Of a stretch of 64,000 nt of DNA, positions 1 through 8,898 are shown one piece after another; within the stretch, counting starts at the first letter, position 1, and each line of letters opens with the position of its first letter. A model generated the notes under the pieces. That model was not told the DNA's origin. It saw only the letters and a list, made by a program, of their open reading frames with translations, and did no database searches. This stretch comes from an uncultured Holophagae bacterium (GTDB lineage: Bacteria; Acidobacteriota; Holophagae; Thermotomaculales; Thermotomaculaceae): assembly GCA_964599895.1 (NCBI GenBank), contig CAZRHT010000001.1:33727-97726 (forward strand), given 5' to 3'. The translations under genes and the position numbers were made by a program.

Positions 1-500
1 CTGATTACATTGTCAGAAGGGGAGGACGAGTGGCCATACTGGATGTGGATTTCCATCACTTCAATGGCACGCAGGATATTTTTTACAACCGCAGCGATGT
101 GCTAACAATATCCATCCACGGCCATCCGAGTTATGCCTATCCCTACTTCAGTGGATTTGCTGACGAGAGAGGGGTTGGTGAGGGAAAGGGGTTTAATCGC
201 AACTTTCCGCTTTCCGATGGCTGTTCGGAAGAGAAATACCTTGAAACAATGGATCGCGCCTTTGCGGTGATCACGAAGTTCAAACCAGACTTTCTGGTGG
301 TGAGCCTGGGGTTTGATACAATGAAAGGAGATCCCACAGGTGGTTTCCTGGTCACTCCCCGTGGCATCGGGAAAATGGGCCGAAGATTGATGGAACTGCG
401 TGTCCCCGTGCTGGTAGTGCAGGAAGGGGGATACAGTCTCACAAACCTGAGGTTGGGTGCCAGGGCATTTTTCCAGGGAGCCGCAGTCGCTTTGAAATGA
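1..500 (+). CDS. Histone deacetylase / acetylpolyamine amidohydrolase family protein, C-terminal part (5' end upstream of window)
   Basis: The frame is open from nt 3, with no stop before the GTG at 30. Motifs: DVDFHHFNGTQ (Zn Asp/His block; the usual form is HHGNGTQ), SLGFD..GDP (second Zn Asp) and QEGGY (catalytic Tyr). These are typical of the deacetylase fold. Confidence 0.8.
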   Translation, partial: DYIVRRGGRVAILDVDFHHFNGTQDIFYNRSDVLTISIHGHPSYAYPYFSGFADERGVGEGKGFNRNFPLSDGCSEEKYLETMDRAFAVITKFKPDFLVVSLGFDTMKGDPTGGFLVTPRGIGKMGRRLMELRVPVLVVQEGGYSLTNLRLGARAFFQGAAVALK

Positions 501-539
501 CGGTAACATATAGAAAAACATATACTTCAGGAGAGCAGA

Positions 540-1532
540 ATGGATCGCATTAAAAAGATTGGATTTGTGTATGATCTCAGATCAACATATTTAGCCGAAG
601 GATACAGTGAAGAAGACGTAGCAGAATTTGATTCCGAGTCTACCATCAGAGAGTTAGTGGCGGTATTGGAGCGGCTTGGCCATAAGGTGGATCAGATCGG
701 TCATGGTCGAGATCTGTGCGCGCGACTGGTAAAGGGGGACCACTGGGACCTTGTTTTCAGTATAGCGGAAGGATTGAAGGGAAGATCCCGTGAAGCCCAG
801 GTCCCCGGACTGCTCGAACTGTACAATCAGCCTTATGTTTTCTCTGACCCGCTTACATGTGCTGTGACTCTGGATAAGGCTGTCGCGAGGAAGCTGGTTC
901 GTGCTGAAGGAATTGCCGTCCCCGATGGAGATGTGGTGAAAACCGTTTCAGACTTGAACGGTTTGAACCTCTCCTTTCCCTTGTTTGTCAAGCCCGTAGC
1001 CGAGGGCACAGGGAAGGGCATTGACGGAAAGAGTCGAGTTGAAAATGCTGAAGAACTGAAACAGACGGTAAGCGATTTGATTTGTCGGTTCAATCAGCCC
1101 GTACTGGTGGAAACCTACCTTCCGGGCCTTGAATTTACCACCGGCCTGCTGGGTACGGGTTCAGAAGCGTCGGTATTGGGTACTCTGGAGGTGCGTATCC
1201 TAGATAGTGCACCGGAGAAGGATTACTCTTTTCTGGTGAAGGAGCAGTGCGAGGCGTATGTGGAGTATGTACCTGTCCGGGGTGGTGATCTGGTGTCAGA
1301 AGTAGAGCATCTGGCACTGGCCGCCTACAAGGCGCTCGAGTGCCGGGATGCTGGACGGGTGGACATCAGGATAGGTGCAGATGGTAAGCCATATTTTATG
1401 GAACTGAATCCACTCCCGGGTTTACATCCTACCCATTCTGATCTCCCGATGATAGCAACAGGAGTTGGACTGTCTTATGAAAATCTGATCGGAAGCATCA
1501 TAGAAAGCGCGATGAAACGCGTTACGGAATAA
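540..1532 (+). CDS. ATP-grasp ligase, D-Ala-D-Ala ligase-like family (divergent)
   Basis: 330 aa, 39 nt after the deacetylase gene, with a GGAGA RBS. ATP-grasp blocks present: PYVFSDPLTCAVTLDKAVARKLV, FPLFVKPVAEGTGKGI, FMELNPLPGL. The Ddl GEDG loop is replaced by GLKGRSREAQ. Confidence 0.7.
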   Translation: MDRIKKIGFVYDLRSTYLAEGYSEEDVAEFDSESTIRELVAVLERLGHKVDQIGHGRDLCARLVKGDHWDLVFSIAEGLKGRSREAQVPGLLELYNQPYVFSDPLTCAVTLDKAVARKLVRAEGIAVPDGDVVKTVSDLNGLNLSFPLFVKPVAEGTGKGIDGKSRVENAEELKQTVSDLICRFNQPVLVETYLPGLEFTTGLLGTGSEASVLGTLEVRILDSAPEKDYSFLVKEQCEAYVEYVPVRGGDLVSEVEHLALAAYKALECRDAGRVDIRIGADGKPYFMELNPLPGLHPTHSDLPMIATGVGLSYENLIGSIIESAMKRVTE

Positions 1533-1542
1533 AAGGTCCGAG

Positions 1543-3108
1543 ATGAACAACACTCTGAAGCAAAAAGGTGTACTGATCCTCTACAATGAACCGGCGCCGG
1601 GGGCCCCCGAAAGTGATCGGGGGGTACTGGATGAAGTGGCCGCGGTACGGGATGTTCTGCTTGCCCTGGGCTATGAATTTCGTATTGGAGGGGTGTCGGA
1701 TATTCTGGACATTCAACGGATTGTCTGTGCCGGAACAGAACCGGTTGTATTCAATCTGATTGAGGGATTCCCCGGGGATCCGGCTTCTGCCACCGGAATT
1801 CCGGCTATCTGCAGATCCCTCGGAAGGGAAGTGACCGGCGGTGACACATTCTGCCTTATGCTTACACTGGACAAACATCGCACCAAAACACTACTTGCAG
1901 GCAATGGAATTTCCGTTCCCGCAGGCTTGCTAGTCTCCGAGGCCGCTGACCTGAACAGTCTTTCTCTGGATTTTCCCGGTCCATATATTATCAAACCGGC
2001 AGGCATGGACGCGTCTGAAGGACTTTTCACGGAAAGCTCAGTTTTTGAAAAGGCCGGTGACAAGCTGGCTTCAGCCCTGCATCGAATCCATACAGATTTC
2101 AGACAGGATGCGATGGTGGAACAACTGGTGGGAGTCCGTGAATTCAATCTGTCTCTGACCGAACGGGATGGCGTTCTGTCCGTTATGCCGGTTGCGGAAA
2201 TTGATTTCTCGAAGTTTCCCGATGACAAGCCCAGGATTGTGGACTACGAAGCCAAATGGATTCCTGAATCATTCGCGTATCAGAATACCCCCCGAATAGT
2301 TCCAGCTCGAATTCAGGAAAAGGAACGATTGGCACTGGAAAATACAGCGCGCTCTGTGTGGGATACTGTGCGCTGCAGGGACTATGCCCGGGTGGATTTT
2401 CGAATGGATGAGGACGGTCGCCTGTATGTGCTGGAGGTGAACGCGAACCCTGACATTTCCCCCGATGCGGGGTTTACAGCTGCTCTGGAGGCGGGTGGTG
2501 TGCCATTCCAGGTGTTCGTGGAAAATGTGCTTTTGAATGCGTGGTCACGTTGGTGTCACCGATATAAAGCAGATTCAACTGCCCCCTGCGCACTGAAAAG
2601 TGACCGTTCCCGATCAGAAAACGCAAGCGTGAGACCGCTTAAAACGGAGGACCGCGACAGGGTTGTCCAGATTATTGAAGAGATGCCTCTGTTCCGTCCT
2701 GATGAGCAGGAGGTGGCAGTCGAGGTGTTGGAAGATAGTATGCAACTGGGGGAAGCGGGCGGTTACGTATCCATCGTAGTAGAACGGGAAGGGACAATAT
2801 ATGGCTGGGCGTGTTTCGGTCCTGCGGCATGTGCGTTGGGAACCTATGATCTGTACTGGATAGCAGTAGACCAGAGTGAACGTGGTGGCGGCTACGGGAG
2901 CCTTCTCATGGACGCTGTGGAAGATGCCGTGTGCCAACGGGGCGGAAGGATGATCATTCTGGATACTTCCGGTCAGCCGGGATACGAGTTGACTCGAAGA
3001 TTTTATCTGCGAATGGGATATGAGGAAACGGCACGGGTGAGGGATTTTTACTCTCCGGGTGACGACAAGGTGGAATACGTGAAATATCTTTCGGGCTTGC
3101 CGGACTGA
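1543..3108 (+). CDS. Fusion protein: Ddl-like ATP-grasp ligase (N-terminal) + GNAT N-acetyltransferase (C-terminal)
   Basis: 521 aa, starting 10 nt after the preceding stop. The N-terminal ~340 aa show an ATP-grasp fold (PYIIKPAGMDASEG, YARVDFRMDEDGRLYVLEVNANPD). The C-terminal ~160 aa (nt ~2620-3108) look like a GNAT, with the acetyl-CoA loop ERGGGYGSLLM. Confidence 0.7.
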   Translation: MNNTLKQKGVLILYNEPAPGAPESDRGVLDEVAAVRDVLLALGYEFRIGGVSDILDIQRIVCAGTEPVVFNLIEGFPGDPASATGIPAICRSLGREVTGGDTFCLMLTLDKHRTKTLLAGNGISVPAGLLVSEAADLNSLSLDFPGPYIIKPAGMDASEGLFTESSVFEKAGDKLASALHRIHTDFRQDAMVEQLVGVREFNLSLTERDGVLSVMPVAEIDFSKFPDDKPRIVDYEAKWIPESFAYQNTPRIVPARIQEKERLALENTARSVWDTVRCRDYARVDFRMDEDGRLYVLEVNANPDISPDAGFTAALEAGGVPFQVFVENVLLNAWSRWCHRYKADSTAPCALKSDRSRSENASVRPLKTEDRDRVVQIIEEMPLFRPDEQEVAVEVLEDSMQLGEAGGYVSIVVEREGTIYGWACFGPAACALGTYDLYWIAVDQSERGGGYGSLLMDAVEDAVCQRGGRMIILDTSGQPGYELTRRFYLRMGYEETARVRDFYSPGDDKVEYVKYLSGLPD

Positions 3109-3185
3109 ATTGACATTTCCACTGATCCGACGTCCGTCTGCTATAATCAAAAACAATATTACTCAAGTCCGTTCGGGGAGACATC

Positions 3186-3551
3186 ATGAATCGAAAAGGT
3201 GAGAAATTTGGCTGGATCGGCGGATGGTCAGGGGGATTTATCTGGCTGGGGCTGCTTTCTGGAATCTGGGCGGTCCAGGGTAAGGCAACAAGTGCGATGG
3301 TGGGTGGTGTTTTGTTTGTTGCGGCAATCGCGACAATCGTTTCTGTGACCCCCTGGAAATATCCGAATACAGAGTATTGGAAGCTGATGTTGCCAATTTA
3401 CATCTTATTTTTTGTGTCCATTGCATTTGCGTATTCGTTTATGGAGAATCCGGAGAGAAACAAATTGTCGTGGTACTCTTTTTTCTGGGTGTTGCCCTGC
3501 CTGATTCCCTTATGGACCACCGGCGGTCGCACCTGGAATGGAAAGCACTGA
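3186..3551 (+). CDS. Small integral membrane protein, unknown family
   Basis: 121 aa with 3-4 hydrophobic helices. GGGGAGA lies upstream of the ATG. No family recognised. Confidence 0.5.
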   Translation: MNRKGEKFGWIGGWSGGFIWLGLLSGIWAVQGKATSAMVGGVLFVAAIATIVSVTPWKYPNTEYWKLMLPIYILFFVSIAFAYSFMENPERNKLSWYSFFWVLPCLIPLWTTGGRTWNGKH

Positions 3552-3636
3552 CAGTATCAACTCAACCAATTCCACTTTGCCATCATAACGAGTATATGGA
3601 ACAATCTTTTAGCCCTTACTTCGACAGAAATCCGCT

Positions 3637-3665
3637 TTACAAGTGCTGCAGGAGTTGTCTATAAT
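3637..3665 (+). promoter_or_regulatory. Candidate sigma70 promoter for the alcohol dehydrogenase gene (TTACAA-N17-TATAAT)
   Basis: TTACAA at 3637-3642 and TATAAT at 3660-3665, about 100 nt upstream of the ATG at 3767. Pattern match only. Confidence 0.35.
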
Positions 3666-3766
3666 TCAAGAGGAACACAAGTAAACCAATATTTGTGCAA
3701 GGGGACTGAAAAACCTCCTCACAATGTACATTTCTAAATCGAAAGCAAGGAATAAGGAGATCAATC

Positions 3767-4768
3767 ATGATAAAAGCCTACGCGACATTTGAACCCGGGG
3801 GAAAGCTGAAACCATTCGAATATGATCCGGGCGAATTGAACCCGCTGGACGTGGAAATTGATGTGCGATACTGTGGGATTTGCCACAGTGATGTGAGTGT
3901 AATTGATAATGAATGGGGAATGACACAGTATCCTGTTGTTCCCGGTCACGAAGTGGTGGGGACTATCGCAAAGGTTGGAAGCAGTGTTAAACACCTTCAA
4001 GTCGGCCAAACAGTGGGTTTGGGCTGGCATTCAGGCTACTGCGACGAATGTGCAAATTGCCGGGCGGGGGATCATAATCTTTGTCCTGATGGACAGGCTA
4101 CCATAATCGGCCATCATGGAGGCTTTGCGGACAAGGTTCGCGCGGCTGCCAACAGCGTAATTCTCATTCCGAAAGGCATTGATCTGGAATCCGCCGGTCC
4201 CTTATTCTGCGGTGGTATTACCGTTTTTAATCCCCTGGTTCAGTTTGATGTGAGGCCCACCGACAAGGTTGCCGTAATCGGTATTGGTGGTCTGGGACAT
4301 ATGGCTTTAAATTTTCTCAACGCGTGGGGCTGTGAAGTGACGGCATTTACTTCCAGTGAACACAAGAGGAAGGAGGCGTTGGAACTGGGCGCTCACCATA
4401 CCTTGAACTCCCGAGATCAGAAAGAAATAGAAGGGGCGGCGGGCCACTTTGATCTGATTATTTCAACGGTCAACGTAAAATTGGACTGGAACCTCTATCT
4501 TAATACGCTCAAGGCCAAGGGTAGATTGCACTTTGTCGGTGCAACTTTAGATCCGTTGGATTTGAGTGTGTTCTCGCTCATTACGGGACAACGCTCTGTA
4601 TCAGGTTCTCCCGTGGGCAGTCCTTCGACCATTGAAAAGATGCTTGAATTTGCCAGCCTCCACAAAATCAGGCCGGTAATTGAAAAATTCAACTTTGATG
4701 ATATTAACGCTGCAATCGAACGATTGAGAAGCGGCAAAGCACATTATCGGATTGTACTCTGCCGTTGA
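3767..4768 (+). CDS. Zinc-dependent NAD(P) alcohol dehydrogenase (cinnamyl-alcohol / YahK-like MDR family)
   Basis: 333 aa with GICHSD, GHEVVG and GIGGLGH motifs. AAGGAGA RBS. Confidence 0.85.
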   Translation: MIKAYATFEPGGKLKPFEYDPGELNPLDVEIDVRYCGICHSDVSVIDNEWGMTQYPVVPGHEVVGTIAKVGSSVKHLQVGQTVGLGWHSGYCDECANCRAGDHNLCPDGQATIIGHHGGFADKVRAAANSVILIPKGIDLESAGPLFCGGITVFNPLVQFDVRPTDKVAVIGIGGLGHMALNFLNAWGCEVTAFTSSEHKRKEALELGAHHTLNSRDQKEIEGAAGHFDLIISTVNVKLDWNLYLNTLKAKGRLHFVGATLDPLDLSVFSLITGQRSVSGSPVGSPSTIEKMLEFASLHKIRPVIEKFNFDDINAAIERLRSGKAHYRIVLCR

Positions 4769-4862
4769 TCATGATAATAAGCAAAGCAATCTCAAACTGT
4801 CTGCCCGGAGATATCATCTGGACCAAGAAGTCCGCTATCGGTTATCTGAAGGTGATAAGAAA

Positions 4863-5219
4863 GTGACCGTCATTGCGAATGTTCTGGTTGGATTTATTGC
4901 CGTTCTCCACGGTTATTTTCTCATCCTTGAGATGTTTCTCTGGGACAAACCGGTTGGATTAAAAACCTTCGGCCACTCGCTGGAATCTGCAAGCGCATCC
5001 AGAGTCCTGGCAATGAATCAGGGGCTCTATAACGGATTCCTGTCGGCAGGACTCGTGTGGGGACTGGCCCTTGGCACGTCCGGAAACACGATCAAGGTCT
5101 TTTTTCTGGCGTGCGTGATGATAGCGGGAATTTTCGGAGCATTGACGGTCAGTCGAAAGATACTCTTTGTTCAGGCCTTGCCGGCATGCATCGCGCTCGT
5201 ACTGGTGCTTTTTTCCTGA
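4863..5219 (+). CDS. DUF1304-family membrane protein
   Basis: The family signature LAMNQGLYNGFLSAGLVWGL sits in a roughly 118-aa, 4-helix protein. The ORF is open from 4752, but that start would overlap the adh stop. A GTG at 4863 with a GAAGGTGA RBS is the more likely start. Confidence 0.65.
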   Translation: MTVIANVLVGFIAVLHGYFLILEMFLWDKPVGLKTFGHSLESASASRVLAMNQGLYNGFLSAGLVWGLALGTSGNTIKVFFLACVMIAGIFGALTVSRKILFVQALPACIALVLVLFS

Positions 5220-5299
5220 TCGGGCTCGAAAAGGAGTAGCTGTTTGTCAAAGGAATTGCCGCAAAGATAGGCAATCCAATAAAATAAGGAGCAGGATAT

Positions 5300-7336
5300 A
5301 TGAGAGGAATGAACCGTATTCTCAAAGTGTGGGCAGTCGTTTTACTTCTTACACTCACCGGATGGGCAGTTCCGAATCAGAAAGCGGCATTGTCTAGGGC
5401 CAATATGGACACTTCAGTAAAAGCGGGAAACGATTTTTATCGTTACTCCAACGGAAAGTGGATGGATGCCAATCCAATTCCGGGAGCATATGCCAGATGG
5501 ACTGCGTTTGACGAACTTCGGGAAAATAATCGGGTCATGATGAAGAAACTGGTGGACAACATCCTGAAACTGAAAGATGTGAAAAGAGGGACCCCCGATC
5601 AACAGATCCGGGATTTGTTCCGCCTTGGAATGGATCAGGTGCGAAGAAACAAGGAAGGACTCACCGCGCTGAAATTCTGGCTGGACAAGGTGGATCGGCT
5701 TGAGAAAAAGGACGATATTCCCAGTACTTTGGCGTGGCTGAATACCTGGGGCATCCGGCCAGTATTCAATTTTTACGGTTCACCGGACAAGAAGAACAGC
5801 GAAATGACAATCGCGCAAATCAGCCAGGGAGGGCTGGGGTTGCCGGATCGGGACTACTACCTTAACAAGGGCAAACGCTATGCAGATATGCGCAACGCAT
5901 ATGTAAAGCACCTGGAAGCCATGTTCAAATTGATGGGTGATGACGCAGATACGGCTCTTGCTCATGCGTCGGTTGTGATGAAGTTTGAAACAAGGCTGGC
6001 GATGAAGTCCATGACCCGGGTAGAAAGGAGAAACCCGCATAAAACTTATCACAAAATGAGGTTAGCCGAACTGTCAAAACTTAGCCCCTCTTTCAATTGG
6101 CGAATGTTTTTCGATGGGGTTCGTTTGAAAAACCCCGGAGACATAAACGTCGGGCAACCGGAGTTTGTGAAAGAACTGGGTGCGATGCTGAATGAAGTGC
6201 CTCTGGAAGACTGGAAAACTTATCTCCGCTGGAACCTGATCAACAGTACGGCGGGTTATTTGTCCGCTGACTTTGAAGCGCAGGATTTTGAGTTTTACGG
6301 AAAGTTCTTGTCCGGGAAGCAGGAAATGGAGGAGAACTGGAAACGCGTACTGGGAACAGTGAACCGGTCCATGGGTGAAGCCCTTGGACAATTGTACGTA
6401 AAGGCATATTTCCCTGCCAGTGCAAAAAACCGTATGTTGAAGCTTGTGGGGAATCTGAAAGTGGCTTTGGGTGAACGGATACGGGGATTGGAATGGATGA
6501 GTGAGCCTACCCGGATAAAGGCACTGGAGAAGCTGGATGCAATTCGGGTGAAAATCGGGTATCCGGACAAATGGAGAGATTATCGGGGCCTTCAAATCAA
6601 GTCTGATTCCTACGTGCGCAATGTACTGCGGGCGCGGAAATTTAACTTCGAATGGCGTCGGGCAAAAATAGGGAAGCCGGTGGATCGAGATGAATGGCAC
6701 ATGTATCCACAGACAGTGAATGCTTATTACAATCCATCCAACAACGAAATTGTTTTCCCTGCGGCCATTCTCCAGTTCCCGTTCTTCAATATGGAAGCAG
6801 ATGACGCAGTCAACTATGGTGCTGTCGGAGTTGTAATCGGCCATGAAATGACCCATGGATTTGATGACCAGGGTCGTCAGTATGACAAGTACGGAAATCT
6901 TAAGGACTGGTGGACAAAAGCCGATTCCGACGAGTTCAACAAACGCGCCGCTGTATTGGCGGAACAGTATGATGATTTTTCGGTGGGCGACGGTGAGCAT
7001 GTAAACGGGAAACTGACGCTCGGTGAGAATATAGCGGACCTTGGTGGCATATTGGTGGCGTTCCAGGCATGGAAGAATTCACTGGGCGGAAAACCCGTTC
7101 CCAAGATCGATGGTTTTACCGGTGAGCAGCGTTTTTTCCTGGGATTTTCGCAAATATGGCGTGGCAATATCCGACAGAAAGAACTGCTTCGCCGGGTGAA
7201 GGAAGATGTCCATTCACCTGCTGAATTCAGAGTCAACGGTCCCCTGCGTAACGTGCAGGCGTTTTACGATGCTTTCGGTGTGAAAGAAGGGGATGCCATG
7301 TATCTGCCAAAGACAAAATGGGCGGTGATCTGGTAA
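5300..7336 (+). CDS. M13 family zinc metallopeptidase (neprilysin / PepO-like), secreted
   Basis: 678 aa with an N-terminal signal/anchor (VWAVVLLLTLTGWA). HEMTHGFD (HExxH) and GENIADLGG (ExxxD) motifs are present. Confidence 0.85.
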   Translation: MRGMNRILKVWAVVLLLTLTGWAVPNQKAALSRANMDTSVKAGNDFYRYSNGKWMDANPIPGAYARWTAFDELRENNRVMMKKLVDNILKLKDVKRGTPDQQIRDLFRLGMDQVRRNKEGLTALKFWLDKVDRLEKKDDIPSTLAWLNTWGIRPVFNFYGSPDKKNSEMTIAQISQGGLGLPDRDYYLNKGKRYADMRNAYVKHLEAMFKLMGDDADTALAHASVVMKFETRLAMKSMTRVERRNPHKTYHKMRLAELSKLSPSFNWRMFFDGVRLKNPGDINVGQPEFVKELGAMLNEVPLEDWKTYLRWNLINSTAGYLSADFEAQDFEFYGKFLSGKQEMEENWKRVLGTVNRSMGEALGQLYVKAYFPASAKNRMLKLVGNLKVALGERIRGLEWMSEPTRIKALEKLDAIRVKIGYPDKWRDYRGLQIKSDSYVRNVLRARKFNFEWRRAKIGKPVDRDEWHMYPQTVNAYYNPSNNEIVFPAAILQFPFFNMEADDAVNYGAVGVVIGHEMTHGFDDQGRQYDKYGNLKDWWTKADSDEFNKRAAVLAEQYDDFSVGDGEHVNGKLTLGENIADLGGILVAFQAWKNSLGGKPVPKIDGFTGEQRFFLGFSQIWRGNIRQKELLRRVKEDVHSPAEFRVNGPLRNVQAFYDAFGVKEGDAMYLPKTKWAVIW

Positions 7337-7360
7337 CGAAAACAACAGAGTGTCAAAATC

Positions 7361-7387
7361 GGGCCCGCCGGTGCGGGTCCTTTTTTT
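7361..7387. terminator. Rho-independent terminator between convergent M13 peptidase and LysE genes
   Basis: GGGCCCGC-CGGT-GCGGGTCC hairpin followed by T7. It lies 25 nt after the TAA at 7334-7336. On the opposite strand only a short T-run (GATTTT) follows the hairpin, so bidirectional use is weaker. Confidence 0.6.
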
Positions 7388-7452
7388 GTATTTTTGTTCA
7401 CCCATTTTGAATTTTCAGGCAAAGTGGGAGTAGATGTCTGGTGTTGGGGATG

Positions 7453-8100
7453 TCAGAGCAGGGAGAGGAGTCCCCTTACCAGAGCATAGGCTCCGAATGC
7501 AGCCAGGCCGATTGTTGCGATGAATAGTAGAAATCGGTTGAATCGGGGACCAATCCGTCCAGCACCGGCAAAGGCGAAGATGAGGATCGCTGTCGTAATG
7601 CTCATGGTCAGGTAAAAGGCGGCAACCAGAATGATTCCATTAAGCGGAGATTCCCGCCATTCAGTGACAAGAAGAGGCCCCATTACCAGTGACCAGCCCA
7701 GCCACGGGTTCGGATTCAGCAGGTTTACCATGGCCGCCTTCGTAAGCGTGCCGGCCTGAAGAGTTCCAACAACTGGTTCGGGTGACGAAGATGCATGCCA
7801 GTTGAAATAAGAACGGAAAGCCAGATACATCAGGAAGAGTCCGCCTGCGAAGAAAAGCAGAGGTACAAGCCATGGCGGCATACTGCGAAGCATAACCACG
7901 GTAACCAGAATAATGGGTCCGTCACTGAGGAGTGGTGCAAGGGCTGCGGGCAGTGTCCTTTTCCAGCCCTTCTCCAGTGCCTGGGACATTAAGAAAGTTT
8001 GAAATGGTCCGGGCTGAACCGAGCACGCAAACGCATAGGTTATAACGAATACAAGATACTTAAGCAAGTCGGACTCCGTTTCTGATATCTCCCGGAACAT
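7453..8100 (-). CDS. LysE/RhtB family amino-acid exporter
   Basis: 215 aa with about 6 TM helices. N-terminal SVQPGPFQ and NLLNPNPW motifs are typical of LysE-type translocators. Confidence 0.75.
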   Translation of the reverse strand: MFREISETESDLLKYLVFVITYAFACSVQPGPFQTFLMSQALEKGWKRTLPAALAPLLSDGPIILVTVVMLRSMPPWLVPLLFFAGGLFLMYLAFRSYFNWHASSSPEPVVGTLQAGTLTKAAMVNLLNPNPWLGWSLVMGPLLVTEWRESPLNGIILVAAFYLTMSITTAILIFAFAGAGRIGPRFNRFLLFIATIGLAAFGAYALVRGLLSLL

Positions 8101-8248
8101 GCTGATGCTATCAAAATGAGATGGGCTTCCGCAAGCTTTTGGGTCAAACTGTATCCCTTTTCACTTGAGAGACAAGTTGACAATAGCTTGACCGATAGGT
8201 CTCTGAGCGAGGCGGCAAAAGGTGTTATTTGGAGAAAAAGTAGAAATT

Positions 8249-8270
8249 TGGTCCAATTTAGTCCAAAATT
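8249..8270 (+). promoter_or_regulatory. Distal pair of 10-bp-phased repeats (TGGTCCAATT TAGTCCAAAAT) upstream of mraZ
   Basis: Two copies of GTCCAA spaced 10 nt apart. They resemble the proximal GGACTA pair at 8361-8376. Weaker related copies are at 8298 (GGTCATTTAG) and 8321 (GCACTAAATG). Confidence 0.3.
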
Positions 8271-8352
8271 ATAACTAACAGAAAAAAAATAAGAAATGGT
8301 CATTTAGGGCGCTCAGTATTGCACTAAATGGGAAAAAAATACTGAAAAATGC

Positions 8353-8380
8353 TTGCATATGGACTAAATTGGACTATAAT
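8353..8380 (+). promoter_or_regulatory. Candidate dcw promoter (TTGCAT-N16-TATAAT) with embedded direct repeat GGACTAAATT-GGACTATAAT
   Basis: TTGCAT at 8353-8358 and TATAAT at 8375-8380, 50 nt upstream of the mraZ ATG. The spacer and -10 contain two GGACTA repeats exactly 10 nt apart. Confidence 0.4.
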
Positions 8381-8429
8381 GAATGACATAGATTGCTCAT
8401 CAAGAGTACCGGGGAAAGGATGGTGACGG

Positions 8430-8897
8430 ATGTCCGTTGAGTTTTATGGGACCAGGGAAATCACGGTTGATGGTGCTGGCCGGGTCAAACTTCCTTCCGC
8501 TTTTCGGCGGGAGTTTGAGGTTAATGGTTTCGGGCCCGATGTCGTTGTTGCCTATCGTGAACTGAACGGGCAGGGATTCATGATGTTATATCCCCGTGGT
8601 GTGTGGAAGCGGATACTGGAGCATGTTTCGGAGGTTCCGGACCTGACTGCACTGGACGTAGAGGCTATGCGACGCCGGTTGAATCGGTGGTCCGAGATGG
8701 CGTCCATGGATAAACAGGGACGTATTATGTTGCCGAAGCGATTCACTGAAAAAGCGGGGTTGCCCGCCGGCAGCGAGGCTGCACTTGTGGGATCGGGTAA
8801 TCGGATAGAAGTGTGGCAGCTGGCGCTTTGCGACAAAACAGTGGATGAGACCGCGCTGGACGACGAAAAGATCGCGGCTGTTTTGAACTATAAATAA
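8430..8897 (+). CDS. mraZ: Transcriptional regulator MraZ
   Basis: 155 aa with two SpoVT/AbrB-like halves (DGAGRVKLPSAFRREF and DKQGRIMLPKRFTEKA). It is the first gene of the dcw cluster. Confidence 0.9.
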   Translation: MSVEFYGTREITVDGAGRVKLPSAFRREFEVNGFGPDVVVAYRELNGQGFMMLYPRGVWKRILEHVSEVPDLTALDVEAMRRRLNRWSEMASMDKQGRIMLPKRFTEKAGLPAGSEAALVGSGNRIEVWQLALCDKTVDETALDDEKIAAVLNYK

Positions 8898-8898
8898 T

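Noticed and set aside
540-3108. The idea that the two Ddl-like ATP-grasp genes are simply the ddl missing from the dcw cluster.
   Set aside because: Both lack the GEDG substrate loop of bona fide Ddl. One is fused to a GNAT, and both sit in an operon with a deacetylase. This rejection is tentative and needs phylogeny or complementation.
6074-7000. A 308-aa ORF on the minus strand.
   Set aside because: It lies entirely antisense to the well-supported M13 peptidase gene. It has no recognisable motifs or RBS, and its composition is typical of a shadow ORF.
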